Source: Octopus bimaculoides
Taxonomy: Eukaryota
DNA: 34,707 nucleotides
NCBI RefSeq assembly: GCF_001194135.2
Contig: NC_068990.1
Span: 66,088,795 to 66,123,501 of the forward strand
Direction: 5' to 3'
Below the pieces are notes generated by a model. The model saw only the letters and a program-made list of their open reading frames with translations. It was not told the origin of the DNA and did not search any database. The first letter of the stretch is position 1. Every line of letters begins with the position of its first letter. Positions 11,083-22,334 of the stretch are shown here, piece after piece. The translations under genes were made by a program, and so were the position numbers.

Positions 11083-12494
11083 TTCTTGCTGGAGGGAACT
11101 GGAAAGAAAAAGAACAATATAAGTAATAGATAGCAGCCGATTCAGCAACATCAATACCGCGTCCACACAACAGCTATTTCTGAAGTACCACGCGTAACAT
11201 CTTCGAGATTTTTCAGAAAACTCGTCTCGATACCATACCCGATGGTGAGGAGATAAATGTTCTCTCCTAATCATTCCGTCTCATCGTCTTGTGACGATGA
11301 GGAACGAATAAGAACTGAAGATAGGTAGCAAGCTCTGGGTAACGGCAAAAATAGAAACAGAACTCGAAACAATAACAAACCGAAGGAACTGGTGTCCACG
11401 ACTCAATGGGAAATATTCATCTCCTCTTCAGATGACGTCGAATACATGGGTATCCGCATCACAATCGAATTTCAGATATATCTACAGAATGATCTAAAAG
11501 AAGACCATACAACGAATATGTTAAGTAGAATGAATCAGGAATAGAAGACGGTCTGAGTCTAGGGACATTCAATATAGCTTACTCGTGTGTAAGTTACACA
11601 ATTTGTGCTTCAAGATTTCAAATTGTTGTGTTGTGTATTAATTACTGTGGGATTTTATGTTATTACATATGTATTCTAATTCCTTTATGTTATACTAGAT
11701 ATTCTAATATAAGCATTTTATAACGTCCTTTCCAATCCTTTTGTTTTTATTTAAATTTGTCTTGTCCAGTCCTAAACGTGGCAGTAAATTAAATATAGGA
11801 ACGTTATTGTAGGAATGTTCAGTAGCTGATATAATCGATTAATCCCTTTTTGGTAATTCCAATTTATGACCTTGTATCTATATAATAAATCATTTTTATG
11901 AAGATTTTCGGTATGGACGGGCGCATTGCCATAACGCTCTGCATTCTTTGCTTTATTACCAAGTTTGAGAATGATTTTTTGTTTTGGATTATCTTGCAAA
12001 CCAAACAGCGTGCATTGATTCAGAATGAGTGAACTTATATCCTAATATCTGAAATAGACGAAATTTTGTCTTTTAGGAAACCATTACTTTATCTAGTTGA
12101 AATATTTTTCTTGTGTTTGCATTGTAATCAGTATGGCTTTTTGAAGGGCAGTAAGTGGCACTAGGAAGAAATAGTTTAGAGCTAAGTATGCCTCGCAGTG
12201 GCGAAGCAATTTTCAAATACGCGAAAACAAATTTAAAAGTGATAAACAATATCTAAAAATACGATAAACGATAAAAGTAGAAAGAAACGGCGGGATAGAT
12301 ATGCGTAGGGACACAAAGTGTCACAAAAATCAAAGACGTTTTATAAAAGAAAGAAAATGTGATGAGAGTAGTAGTAATATTGGCAGCAGCAGCAACAGAT
12401 GCGACAGCAACAACAATAGCAACGACAGTAACAACCAGCGAAAATGTACGCCTGATTTTCTTTTGATGGCACTGGATAGAACTGAAGACATCGG

Positions 12495-13000
12495 ACTTCG
12501 GTGTCTAACTCGACGAGCAGCTGAAACTTTTAGAAGACATGAAATTAGAGGAAAGTTGACAATGGTAACAGTTATGAGTGAGGCAAAGAATAATTGAAGG
12601 ACGAATAGATAGCCTGGTGTGGACATTTTGTGTGACGTTTGATGAGCTTGATATTTCTTTGCTAGACATGCGATTGCTGTCTTGGGTCACGCTGACCACT
12701 CGTGGCAGCAATCAAAATACATATCTAATTGTGTGAGCCTGATGCTGTTAGCGCTGCTACTGTGCTGAGAAAGAATACGAGTAAGACACGTGGGCATGAT
12801 AAATACTTTCGAATCATAACATTGCTAAATATAGAAATAAGGATTTTCGTCAAGTTGCTTGCAAAGAGGTTAGCGCTTGCTCCTGATTGTATCGTCGGCT
12901 CCACATGGTCATGTGCAATTCCGGGAAGTTTTATTTTTGACAATCTTCATCCCATGCATTATAATCTTTCTGGCTTTAGTTTGACCTTAATCGAGTTTGT
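12495..13000 (+). mobile_element. Decayed L1/Tx1-clade reverse transcriptase fragment (domains 0-2)
   Basis: ORF 12729-13064 contains YFRIITLLNIEIRIFVKLLAKRLALAPDCIVGSTWSCAIPGSFIFDNLH, matching the L1/Tx1 pattern RPITLLNxDxKILAKVLAxRL...QTCAIPGRxIxDNLH. Upstream R*PGVD matches KSPGxDG. A possible domain-3 remnant (DVDSTDFIFPKLLFGLEDW) lies near 13285-13350. Confidence 0.8.
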
Positions 13001-14412
13001 ACAGTTTAAGGAATTCAACGAAGTCGTTCATTATTATCGAACAGATGTCGTAAGAAACAACTGATTTCGTTTTCTCTTTCAAAGGTTTTTCACTGCACTT
13101 TCTACTAGATAAAATGAAAAGGAGCTTCTAATTTCTGTAGGCTTCCTTTGGAGCCAACCAATTTTCTGCTTATTTACATTTGCTGTTATTGAGAAAGATA
13201 TAAACACATACACATACTTATATATTGACACTACTGGCTTCAGTATCAGTTTAGGAACTGCTGTTGCAAAAACAGCCACGTAGTGATGTAGATTCTACAG
13301 ATTTTATTTTCCCCAAATTATTATTCGGACTAGAAGATTGGAAGAATGGATGGCATGTTAAGCAAAATGCCTTGTGGTATTTAGATATATCTATTTACGC
13401 TGCGAGTTTAAATTCCACTGTTGTCTACTTCACCCTTTATCCTTTTAGAGTCGATATCCCAGTGACTGAAGTCGATTTAATCGACATTCTTCTCTTCTCA
13501 CGTCGATAGTGTCCTGTCTATGTCAGAAAGGCAGGTTTTGGCTCCATCAGCAAAGTGTAGGACAAGAGTTGTAGCGATATTCAATTGTATTTTATGCTCT
13601 ACCTCCAAGTTATACCTGTCTCTTCCGAGATCAATGAGTTAAGTCCAATACTTAGGTTAATCTAACTGACATTTGTCTCTTGGAAAACTTTGACTTTGTG
13701 CCTATCAAAGCATTGAGATATTCAGCAAATTAATAAAACTATTAATTAGTCGTGACATAATTGTAACAGCAGAAACATTGTGAATGTATAAGTTTTATAG
13801 ATGAGGATTTTAGCGCCAGACTCACTGTCGTTGAGTTTGTTGTACTCCATCCAGTAAGAGATAAATAACATTTAATGTACACTATAATAAAATGTAAGCT
13901 ACTAAGAGTTACTTGTGATTGAATCACATGGTCTGGCAGACTTATATAACGTGCCTTGTGTCTGCATGCATCCTTCATGCTCTGGGCGTTAGTTTTTCTC
14001 TATTTCAAATGCAGAATGATGGTATATTAGAAAGTACAGAAAAAAAACCCTACAAGACAGTTGATGCAAAAAATTCACCCTTTGTCTCATTCCAGTTTTT
14101 ACATTAATCGCCTTCTCCTTTATTCTCCTTTAATCTCATATATATATACATATATANNNNNNNNNNNNNNNNNNNNNNNNNNNNNNNNNNNNNNNNNNNN
14201 NNNNNNNNNNNNNNNNNNNNNNNNNNNNNNNNNNNNNNNNNNNNNNNNNNNNNNNNNNNNNNNNNNNNNNNNNNNNNNNNNNNNNNNNNNNNNNNNNNNN
14301 NNNNNNNNNNNNNNNNNNNNNNNNNNNNNNNNNNNNNNNNNNNNNNNNNNNNNNNNNNNNNNNNATATAATATCTATATATAATCGTCTTCTCTACTCAA
14401 TAAAGTATTATA

Positions 14413-15282
14413 CAGGGTGCGGTGAATAAACTGTCGTTTAAATTATACAAAAATGAAAATAACAGACATCTCATTTTAACATATACATTAACCAAAATTA
14501 CATAAAAATATCTTGAAATACTAAAGAGTAAACTTATTCAATAAAATTGCCATTGGCTTCAACCTCGGTCTCCAGACGACTTCGGAAACGTCTGCAACTC
14601 TTCTGGATAGTCTTCTTGCTTACGTTGGTGAATGCTGACGTAATCCTAGCCTTCAGTTTATTTTTGGCGTTACAAACATTTTTGTTGGTTTCTTGCTCAA
14701 CTGCGCCCCATGCATAATAATCAAGAGGGTTGTAGTGTGAGGAGCTAGGTTGCCAGATGTTAGGAGTGATGTGGTCTCAGAAATTATCTGACAGACATGA
14801 CTGGGTTCTTCTCATTGTGTAGCATGGTGCTAAATCCTCTTGCCAGACATAGAGTCTTCCAGCAGCCACCCTCTTGACCCTGAACAGGATTAGCTCTGCC
14901 AAGCACTTGATGTAGGTCTCCTTGTGGAGTCTGAGGCTGTGTGAGAAGAAGAATAGAGGCATAACGTCGCCATCACTAGTGATCACTCTAAACACCATGA
15001 TGTTGACTGGATATTTGATTTTTATCACTCTTGGTACATGGCCTCAAATTGCAATGTCCTCAGACACTAAAGTGTTCGTATTGGAGCTTTCGGCGAATAC
15101 CAAGCAATACAGCATATCGTTTCCAAATTTCTGGCAGATTTAATTGCGTCATGGTGCTGTTTTTCTCACAGACAGTGCCAAACTGACCCTACTATAGTGG
15201 GCAGTCAACAAAATCAAAAATCAAAGATGTGCATGCGTGACGTTAAAATATAAAATGGTGACAGCTTGCACATCGCAAGCTG
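14413..15282 (-). mobile_element. Internally deleted Tc1/mariner DD37D (maT-type) transposon
   Basis: Flanked by TA at 14411-14412 and 15283-15284. Left end CAGGGTGCGGTGAATAAACTGTC versus right end GACAGCTTGCACATCGCAAGCTG (18/25 complementary including TA). Minus-strand transposase remnant from ATG 15152 (MTQLNLPEIWKRYAVLLGIR) to stop 14534 includes WQEDLAPC...DHITPNIWQPSSSHYNPLDYYAWGAVE, with 37 residues between the 2nd and 3rd Asp. Confidence 0.92.
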
Positions 15283-15591
15283 TATGTTTATAAATTTGAT
15301 GACAAAGAATTCAAATTTGATGGCAAAAATCCAAATTAGATCGAAAAGATCTATATATACACACACGTATATATGTATGTATGTATGTGAGTGTGTATGT
15401 GTGTGTGTGTATGTGCATGTGTGTGTATGTATATATTTATATTTATGTACACCATTCAGACATTTTAATAATTAAGGACTAAGTGATTTGTAAGAAAATA
15501 AAGCAGATGAAGAACAAACAATGCACAAATATGTGTGAGTGTGCGTGTTTGTGTGTGTGTGTGTGTGTATATGTAGGTATATATGTATGTG

Positions 15592-15625
<34 letters not shown>

Positions 15626-15896
15626 TACCCAAGTCTACATATATGTATTTGTATGTATATGATTTATGTTAAACAAATTAAAGAAAATGCAAATGTGAAA
15701 AGAATAGGAAAATACAAGAGCGAAAATAGAAAATATATAAATATACAAAGGACCAAAATGTAAAAGTGACGAATTTAGATATTTGACGCCACATTCTTTG
15801 GTTTGGAACTTTTGGTCGGTGCAACGTAAATGTAGAAGGTCATATTGAGGTTTCTTGGAGGCAAAATAACAAAACAAGAGAATGATAATGACAAAT

Positions 15897-15916
15897 AACA
15901 ACAACAACAACAGCAG

Positions 15917-15953
<37 letters not shown>

Positions 15954-15985
15954 NNNNNNNNNNTACTACTAATAATAATGATAAT
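15897..15985. repeat. Compound triplet microsatellite (AAC)-(AGC)-(TAC)-(TAA) with a 10-N gap
   Basis: Read directly. Confidence 0.9.
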
Positions 15986-16770
15986 GAAGGCGGCTCCATT
16001 GATTTTAGTTCAGCAAATCAATTGAACTCTAGAGTTTGTTTAATTTTATCTTCAATATTCGAATTGTTGGAAAGTTGAAATAACAGAGAAAGAAGAAAGG
16101 GAGAAGGAAGAGAAGAAGAAAGATAGAAAAGAAAATGATCAAACGGGCTAAAATATGGTTCGGGGCGCTTCTCTTCGCGTTGTCCTCAATCATGAATTGT
16201 GAATACATTGTTTTACTGGGTAGAATTTAAACGTGAATTTGAACATTTTCCCTTGCTGATATAAGAAGACGCACTATAACAATGCACCCACGGACACAAA
16301 CACACACGTGCGCACGGTCACACAGAGTATTATTTGGAGACTAACATGTACATCTAAGATTACATGCATTGATTTATAATAAAATTTTATAGATTAGAGA
16401 CAGGTATTCTCTGTATAGAATACACTTCGTAGTTTTCAAGCGATTTGGACGTGAGCAGGTTGAGGTGTAAATGTAAGAACAAGCAAGTTAGGCAAGTCGA
16501 TATACAAAAAAATATTAAATATATTTAAGACAAAAATGTACATATAAAAAAGTCCGACTTACGCAGAATAGAAATGATATCAGATATGAAAGGGATTGAA
16601 TACGAGTTTTACGAGACCAACAGCTGTTTCTGGGTGCTTGCTGGTCCAAAATAATGATTGTAAATTGATTCCATCCAGCATAGCATATATTAGAGGAAAA
16701 ATCAAATCCAATGCAGAATGTGTATCTCAAGTCATTTAGAATAAATTAATTAGGGTAAGGTGAATTGGAA

Positions 16771-16846
16771 GTCTTACAGCTGTTTCTGGGATAACCCAAG
16801 TGGTTGGTTAGCATGTCTGTGCTCTGGGTATTCCGTCATCAGAGAC
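16771..16846 (-). ncRNA. Minimal type-I hammerhead ribozyme motif (Penelope-like-element type)
   Basis: Minus strand: GTCT (stem I), CTGATGA, C-GGAATACCCAG...TTGGGTTATCC-CA (stem II), GAAA, CAGCTG (palindromic stem III), TA, AGAC (stem I). All core elements are in the correct order; the base of stem II is non-canonical. Confidence 0.7.
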
Positions 16847-17186
16847 AAAGTATTGATATTTTAGACGCGAAAAATTTACAGATTACAAGGAATAAAATTC
16901 ACATTCAAATTTATAAGGAATAAAATAGAGGATTAAAGTAGTAAAATAGAAGAATAAAGTATAAAAGTAGTTAGAATATAGGTAGAAAAATAATGTTCAC
17001 AACTCATCTTTTTCTAGAGGATCTGGATGTTGGTCGGGTCTTCCATGAAGGTATAGGTTTTTAGTTGAAATCCCAGGTAAACCCGGGCAATATTTTTGAA
17101 GTATTCTGAATGATGTATTCATATTGTAAATATGTATATATGACGAGAAAGTATGATCGAAATAAATGGGTTTTGTGGGTAGGTGC

Positions 17187-17188
<2 letters not shown>

Positions 17189-17272
<84 letters not shown>

Positions 17273-17320
17273 GAGAGAGAGAGAGAGAGAGCGAGAGAGA
17301 GCGAGAGAGAGAAAGAGAGA
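17189..17320. repeat. (GA)n microsatellite
   Basis: Read directly. Confidence 0.97.
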
Positions 17321-17532
17321 TAGGAGAAAGGATTAGAAAATAAGATAGTTGCAAAGGGGAAAAAATAAAATGGAAATGATAATAATAAAAATAACAGATG
17401 TGTCCTAAATGAATTTTGTGAGTGAGTGTGTATGGGAGAGAGGATAAAGGGAATAATAATAAAATAGAATAGGGGTAACAGGGTAAAGAATAATACGATA
17501 AATATAAATAAATAAAAGTAAAGGTAATGATA

Positions 17533-17985
17533 TAGATATGTCAGTATTGTATGGGGGTTGGAGGTCAAACGTTAAAGTTACAGTAGAGTGGGGGTGGAAG
17601 GCCAATCTAGGTAAGGTTATAAGGACAATAGTTTAGTGCAAATATTTAAAATTGTGCTTGAAGTTTCATAGCTATTAAATCATATGAGATAAAGGACTGA
17701 CAGTTAAACCTAAAATAATTCTAAATTAAAATTGAAATTAAAATTAAAATAGAAAAGTCCAAATTCAAATTTAAATTTTCAATACAACATTCAAAATTAA
17801 AATTTTCGATTTTTAATTTTCAGTTTTAGGTTTAATTCTTAATTCTTTTTCTCGTATCATTTAATGGCTATGAAGCTTGAAACACAATTTTAAATATCTG
17901 CATTAACCTTACCTAGATTTGCCTTCTATCCCTACGGAAACTTTAACATTTGACCTCTAACCCACATACACTACTGACATATCTA
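17533..17985. mobile_element. Near-fully palindromic foldback/MITE-like element
   Basis: Left end TAGATATGTCAGTATTGTATGGGGGTTGGAGGTCAAACGTTAAAG; right end CTTTAACATTTGACCTCTAACCCACATACACTACTGACATATCTA. Complementarity continues inward (CTAGGTAAGGTTA/TAACCTTACCTAG; ATATTTAAAATTGTG/CACAATTTTAAATAT). TA at both ends. Confidence 0.85.
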
Positions 17986-18811
17986 TTACATGGAAAAATG
18001 CGAGCAATATTCTTACGCTTATAAATCTGGTAAAGTACAGGACAAGTTATTATACTTGGGAAAGTTCAGGACAACTTATTATATCTGGTAAAGTACAGAA
18101 CAACAACATTTTTACTTAATATATTGCAACTAAGGATAAAGTTTAAAATAGAATGTTTAAATTTAGAAAATATTGACTTTTATTAAAACTAAAAACTTTA
18201 TTACAAGTTATTACTTCTATTTGTTATTACTTGTTACTTCTATTAGAAATAAAAGAACATCTCAAAATATTCTTTGCACTTTAAGAAATTCATTAGAAAT
18301 TTGAAAATAGGTTATAAAAAATAATAGCAGGACATAATTACTTTGTACATAAATAGAATAATACAAAAGTTAGTTATATATTACAATAAAATCTACCTAC
18401 AGCAACAAATTCACAGTAAACTTTGCTTGAGTTATTGCCTAAGTTACTACCAAGTCTTCACCTTTTTAGTATGGACCCAATGCCTATTTTTTACATAATG
18501 AATTTGCATGCCATATATACTATTTTACTTTGCATAAAACTTTAGCTGCACTGGTATTTCTGGATCTCATTTTAAAAGTTTTCTGGTGTGTCAATATTTT
18601 ACCAAAATGATGGTACCTTTTTTAATTATAATGTTACTTTGTAAATTGAAATCAAATGATTTTTAATATTCAAATTTTATACTCAGCTGTAATATTTTGA
18701 GTAAAAGTTTTCTTGATCTGTACTTTACCAGATGTAATAACTTGTCCTGTACTTTTCCAGGTTTGTAAGATTAAGAATATTATTTCTCTTGCTCGCATTT
18801 TTCCATGTAAT
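17985..18811. mobile_element. Foldback/MITE-like element, copy 2 of the family at 76-1047 (same orientation, no SINE)
   Basis: Starts ATTACATGGAAAAATGCGAGCAA and ends TTGCTCGCATTTTTCCATGTAAT. Arms carry subrepeats of TTATTA(C/T)ATCTGGTAAAGTACAG. Interior is colinear with 195-930. Confidence 0.88.
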
Positions 18812-19330
18812 CCATGTTTTTTCCATGCTATGCTATTATGCTAATTAATAATGTGTCAATTTCTTCTTCTATATTTAGCTTGAGCTTCAGCATTTCTTTT
18901 CTTCATTTCTTCTCCATCCAATTGATTACCCCCTTATTATTATCCTTTTTATTAATCCCAGGTCCCGGATTAAATTCTACCCCACCAATAATGAGTAATG
19001 TTAAAATTAAAGCATGCATGCGATATTTGTTATAGAAAATTGAGTGCGTGTTTTGTGTCGGTATATAATTATATCATTGAAACAAATTAGAACAAAAATC
19101 GCGCGAAAAATATGATGTAATAATTCACATTAAATATATTAATTAATTAATTAAAATTAATTGAGAAACTAATTCAAATATAAAGAATATTTTCAAGATG
19201 AAAAAACCTTTTATGAATTGCAAAAGAAATCGTACTATGATCTATATAGTAACAAGCCTAGTAAAAAGACAAACAATGTGTGTGTGCGCGTTTGTGTGCG
19301 TGCGTGTGTATACATGTCTGTGTGTGTGTT

Positions 19331-20844
19331 CTACTGGGCACTCTTCTGATTTTCTGTATATTTCTCTTGATGTCTTCGAAAGACGCAACAGTAATTGCCA
19401 CTATCTTCACCTTCTTCATTTTTGTAGTTGGGCCATCTCGTATTTAAAAGGATTGTTTGTGTCTATTTTTTCCGTTCGTTCTTGCCTATAGGTAAGTGGA
19501 AATGGCACGCAACATTGATTATACAGCATATGTGGTTCACCTTGTCGACCACCAATAGAGCCGTCTTGTTGTGCTCTAGCATCTGTTCTGTCTGGATAGG
19601 GAAATCCACGGGATTTTGCAGAAATCTGACTCTGACACTTTCTGCGATTTGTGCTCATACCACGTTGTGTCCCTCTCTAGACCCCACTTTTCATATAGTT
19701 TCCCATGTAGTACTTTTTCTACCTCATCGTGTCTCCCCAAATTATGATAGTTTTGGGCAAGACTAGGGCATTCGTTAATGATATGGGTTTTGTCAACTCT
19801 ATTACAGATTCGGCAGAGTGGAACACTCGTCATTATTAAGTTTGATCAAATCTTCGTCTTGCGTTGCAAGTATAATACCCTCAGTCTCTTTTTTCAGTGT
19901 GTCTTTCTTCGGCAGGTCCCGCCTATGTTCTGCAGCAACTTCAGTTTTGACTACATGGAATTGTGTGGTGCCTTTTTGTGTAGTGCTTCGAATGTCCTTT
20001 TTGTACTTCTTGTTTTATTATTCCTTTTTCCTTGAGTTATTGCATAACTAAGTCTAGCAAGGTTTCCTTACTTTGGTATAGGTATTTAAGTAAACTCAGT
20101 AAGTTCGATACGTACGCAGTCGTCCACACATTTTAGTCCTCTTCTTCTGTTTCTTCTCTTCATATATTGGTGATCAGTGTATGCACGTGAATGATGGGCT
20201 CCATATATTGTTAGGAGCTTTGTTGCTTCCTAGCCAACTCCTTTAGTTCATCCTCTGTTCAATTCAGAATCCCAGTGCGATACTAAAAAAGTGCGACTGC
20301 GCGCAAGTTTATTGCCGAAATTATGCTTCTGGCATTCAGCTTTTGAGCCAATATTTTTCTCACTCGCCGCATGTACTCTTTCTTTGACTTTTCTTTCATA
20401 TCGTTGTGTTTAATTCCATCTGTCTCAAGCATTCCCACGTATTTATATCTGGATTGAGGCACAATTACCTTCATAATTTTACCACTTGGCATGCCTTCTG
20501 TCCTGACAAACGTTCTGCGTCTTATTACCATCGTAGCATATTTTGAGAGTCGAAAGTCCATCTTGATATCATTCTAGAAAATCTGCACAAACTGGACTAG
20601 GCTCTCCATCTCTGTCTCATTTTTTGTGAAAAACCTCAAGTCATCTATGAATAGCAGGTTGTTCAGTTTCCTCTTAACGCTTCCCAGATCATACCCCGAC
20701 TTTGTCTTCTGCAGTACTTCATTCAGGGGAATCATTCCAGCAAAAAGATCACTGGGGATACACTGTCTCTCTGGAAGATTCCTGTCTTGATTTTCACCTC
20801 TCATAATACTCGATTCCCTGCTGTCAATTAAGTTCTCCAGCATC
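19331..20844 (-). mobile_element. R4/Dong-clade non-LTR retrotransposon remnant, 5'-truncated inside RT and lacking its 3' UTR
   Basis: Minus strand: GEVKIKTGIFQRDSVSP (GIFQGDSLSP motif); LNNLLFIDDLRFFTKN; YKYVGMLETDGIKHNDMKEKSKKEYMRRVRKIL; LKKETEGIILATQD; PLCRICNRVDKTHIINECPSLAQ (CCHC knuckle); LEHNKTALLVVDKVNHICCIINVAC (REL nuclease). Begins right after a short (TAA)n at 20845-20856 and ends at a (CA)n repeat. Confidence 0.93.
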
Positions 20845-20856
20845 ATTATTATTATT

Positions 20857-21379
20857 GAGTGAGAGAGCAGTGCATGCAATCAAAATGACTCCGATACGAA
20901 GCCCAGTTTACCCATCAGGACTACCCGTTTGATAAGGGTACACATGCATCACAACCATATTTGGGCGACACGGTGATCTCATATCACGATGCACAGCGAA
21001 TGACCTTGCAGGTGGGCCCAGTTAGAATTTTTTTCAGGTCGAGTAGCTTATCCCGCTCAAAAGTTCCCTGAATAAGGTTCGTTTGAGGATATTGAACGAA
21101 ACACCCATGTTTTCAAAGGTGAATTATCCAAACCCCAAAGAATTCCTCTCAACACATGGCTATGATACTCCCCTACTACTTTTGTTCGAGATCAGAGATG
21201 TACATATCGTCAGCCATTAAGAGACATGCTCAACTGGTCAAACAAGTGGCAAGCAAATCTGTGGCATTGAACAGAATATTTGTTGTAGCCCATCTTTTAT
21301 ACCAAGACAAAGCACCGTACATGACAACACTTCCAATCAGTTAAGTTAAGAAGCCATGGGAGCCACTGCCAGGGCATTA
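20857..21379 (-). mobile_element. Non-coding retroposon of about 520 bp with a (TAA)n 3' tail (SINE-like or LINE 3' UTR derivative)
   Basis: Minus strand starts TAATGCCCTGGCAGTGGCTCCCATGGCTTC and ends GCATGCACTGCTCTCTCACTC(AAT)n. Its 5' half is homologous to 22520-22756. Confidence 0.75.
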
Positions 21380-21380
21380 C

Positions 21381-21406
21381 TATTATTATCATTGTTGTTA
21401 TTGCTG

Positions 21407-21463
<57 letters not shown>
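21381..21463. repeat. (TTA)n, i.e. (TAA)n on the minus strand, with TTG variants
   Basis: Read directly; separates two minus-strand retroelements. Confidence 0.95.
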
Positions 21464-21466
<3 letters not shown>

Positions 21467-21958
21467 GTTTGACGTTTGCTTTGTATTTGTACAAGTTGGC
21501 TCCAAGTCTCACTCAGAGCCCTCAAGAGATAACAAGCTAGAAGTTCATGTTGATGTTACGCCTAGGGTGTCATATATTTGGGTTTTGCACATACTATTGT
21601 TCTAGAGAATGTTTAAGAAAACATAAGAAAATTATAAGTTTGTTTTAAAATTTGTGATTACACAGACAGTATTTTACGTAGGATATGGGCAGTTTCCATG
21701 AGCACTATTGAATTTCTGCCATTTTGGTGTTTCCTGGTATCTGAGCCAGGTAGCATCAGTCCCTTTTACTATCATTCATAGGGCACTTATGACAACAGGT
21801 ATTGTTTTAGTCTTCAGATTCCACATTTTGCCAATTTCTATTTCAAAATCGTTATACTTGCCCAGTTTTTGCTAAGCCTTGACAGATACATTCATATCGA
21901 TTGGGACAATCATATCAATGAGGAGGCATGATTTATGTCTGAAGTCTTCCAATATATG
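21463..21958 (-). mobile_element. 5'-truncated 3' end of the R4/Dong-like family also seen at 5319-5726
   Basis: Minus strand: DFRHKSCLLIDMIVPIDMNVSVKA*QKLGKYNDFEIEIGKMWNLKTKTIPVVISAL...TAHILRKILSV*, then a 3' UTR colinear with 5530-5726 ending GTCAAACATA(TAA)n. Confidence 0.92.
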
Positions 21959-22006
21959 AACTTCCAATTTATGAACTTCCCTGCCTTGAAAGTAGCCTTT
22001 CCACAT

Positions 22007-22045
22007 TTATTATTATTATTATTATTATCATTATTATTATTATCA

Positions 22046-22110
<65 letters not shown>
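22007..22110. repeat. (TTA)n microsatellite
   Basis: Read directly. Confidence 0.97.
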
Positions 22111-22111
<1 letters not shown>

Positions 22112-22112
<1 letters not shown>

Positions 22113-22312
22113 GGTGGCGAGCTGGCAGAATCGTTAGGACTCCGGGGGAAATGCTAAGCGGTATTTCGTCTGCCGTTACGTTCTGAGTTCAAATTCCACC
22201 GAGTCGACTTTGTCTTTCATCCTTTAGGGGTCGATAAATTAAGTACCACTGAAACAATGGGGTCGATGTAATCGACTTATCCCAAGCTGCCCTTGTGGCA
22301 AAATTTTGAAAT
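22112..22312 (+). mobile_element. tRNA-derived SINE, copy a
   Basis: AGGTGGCGAGCTGGCAGAATCGTTAG (A-box-like), GAGTTCAAATTCC (B-box-like), then the core GTCGACTTTGTCTTTCATCCTTTAGGGGTCGATAAATTAAGTACC. Homologous to 22335-22510. Confidence 0.85.
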
Positions 22313-22334
22313 AACAATAATAATAAATATTATT

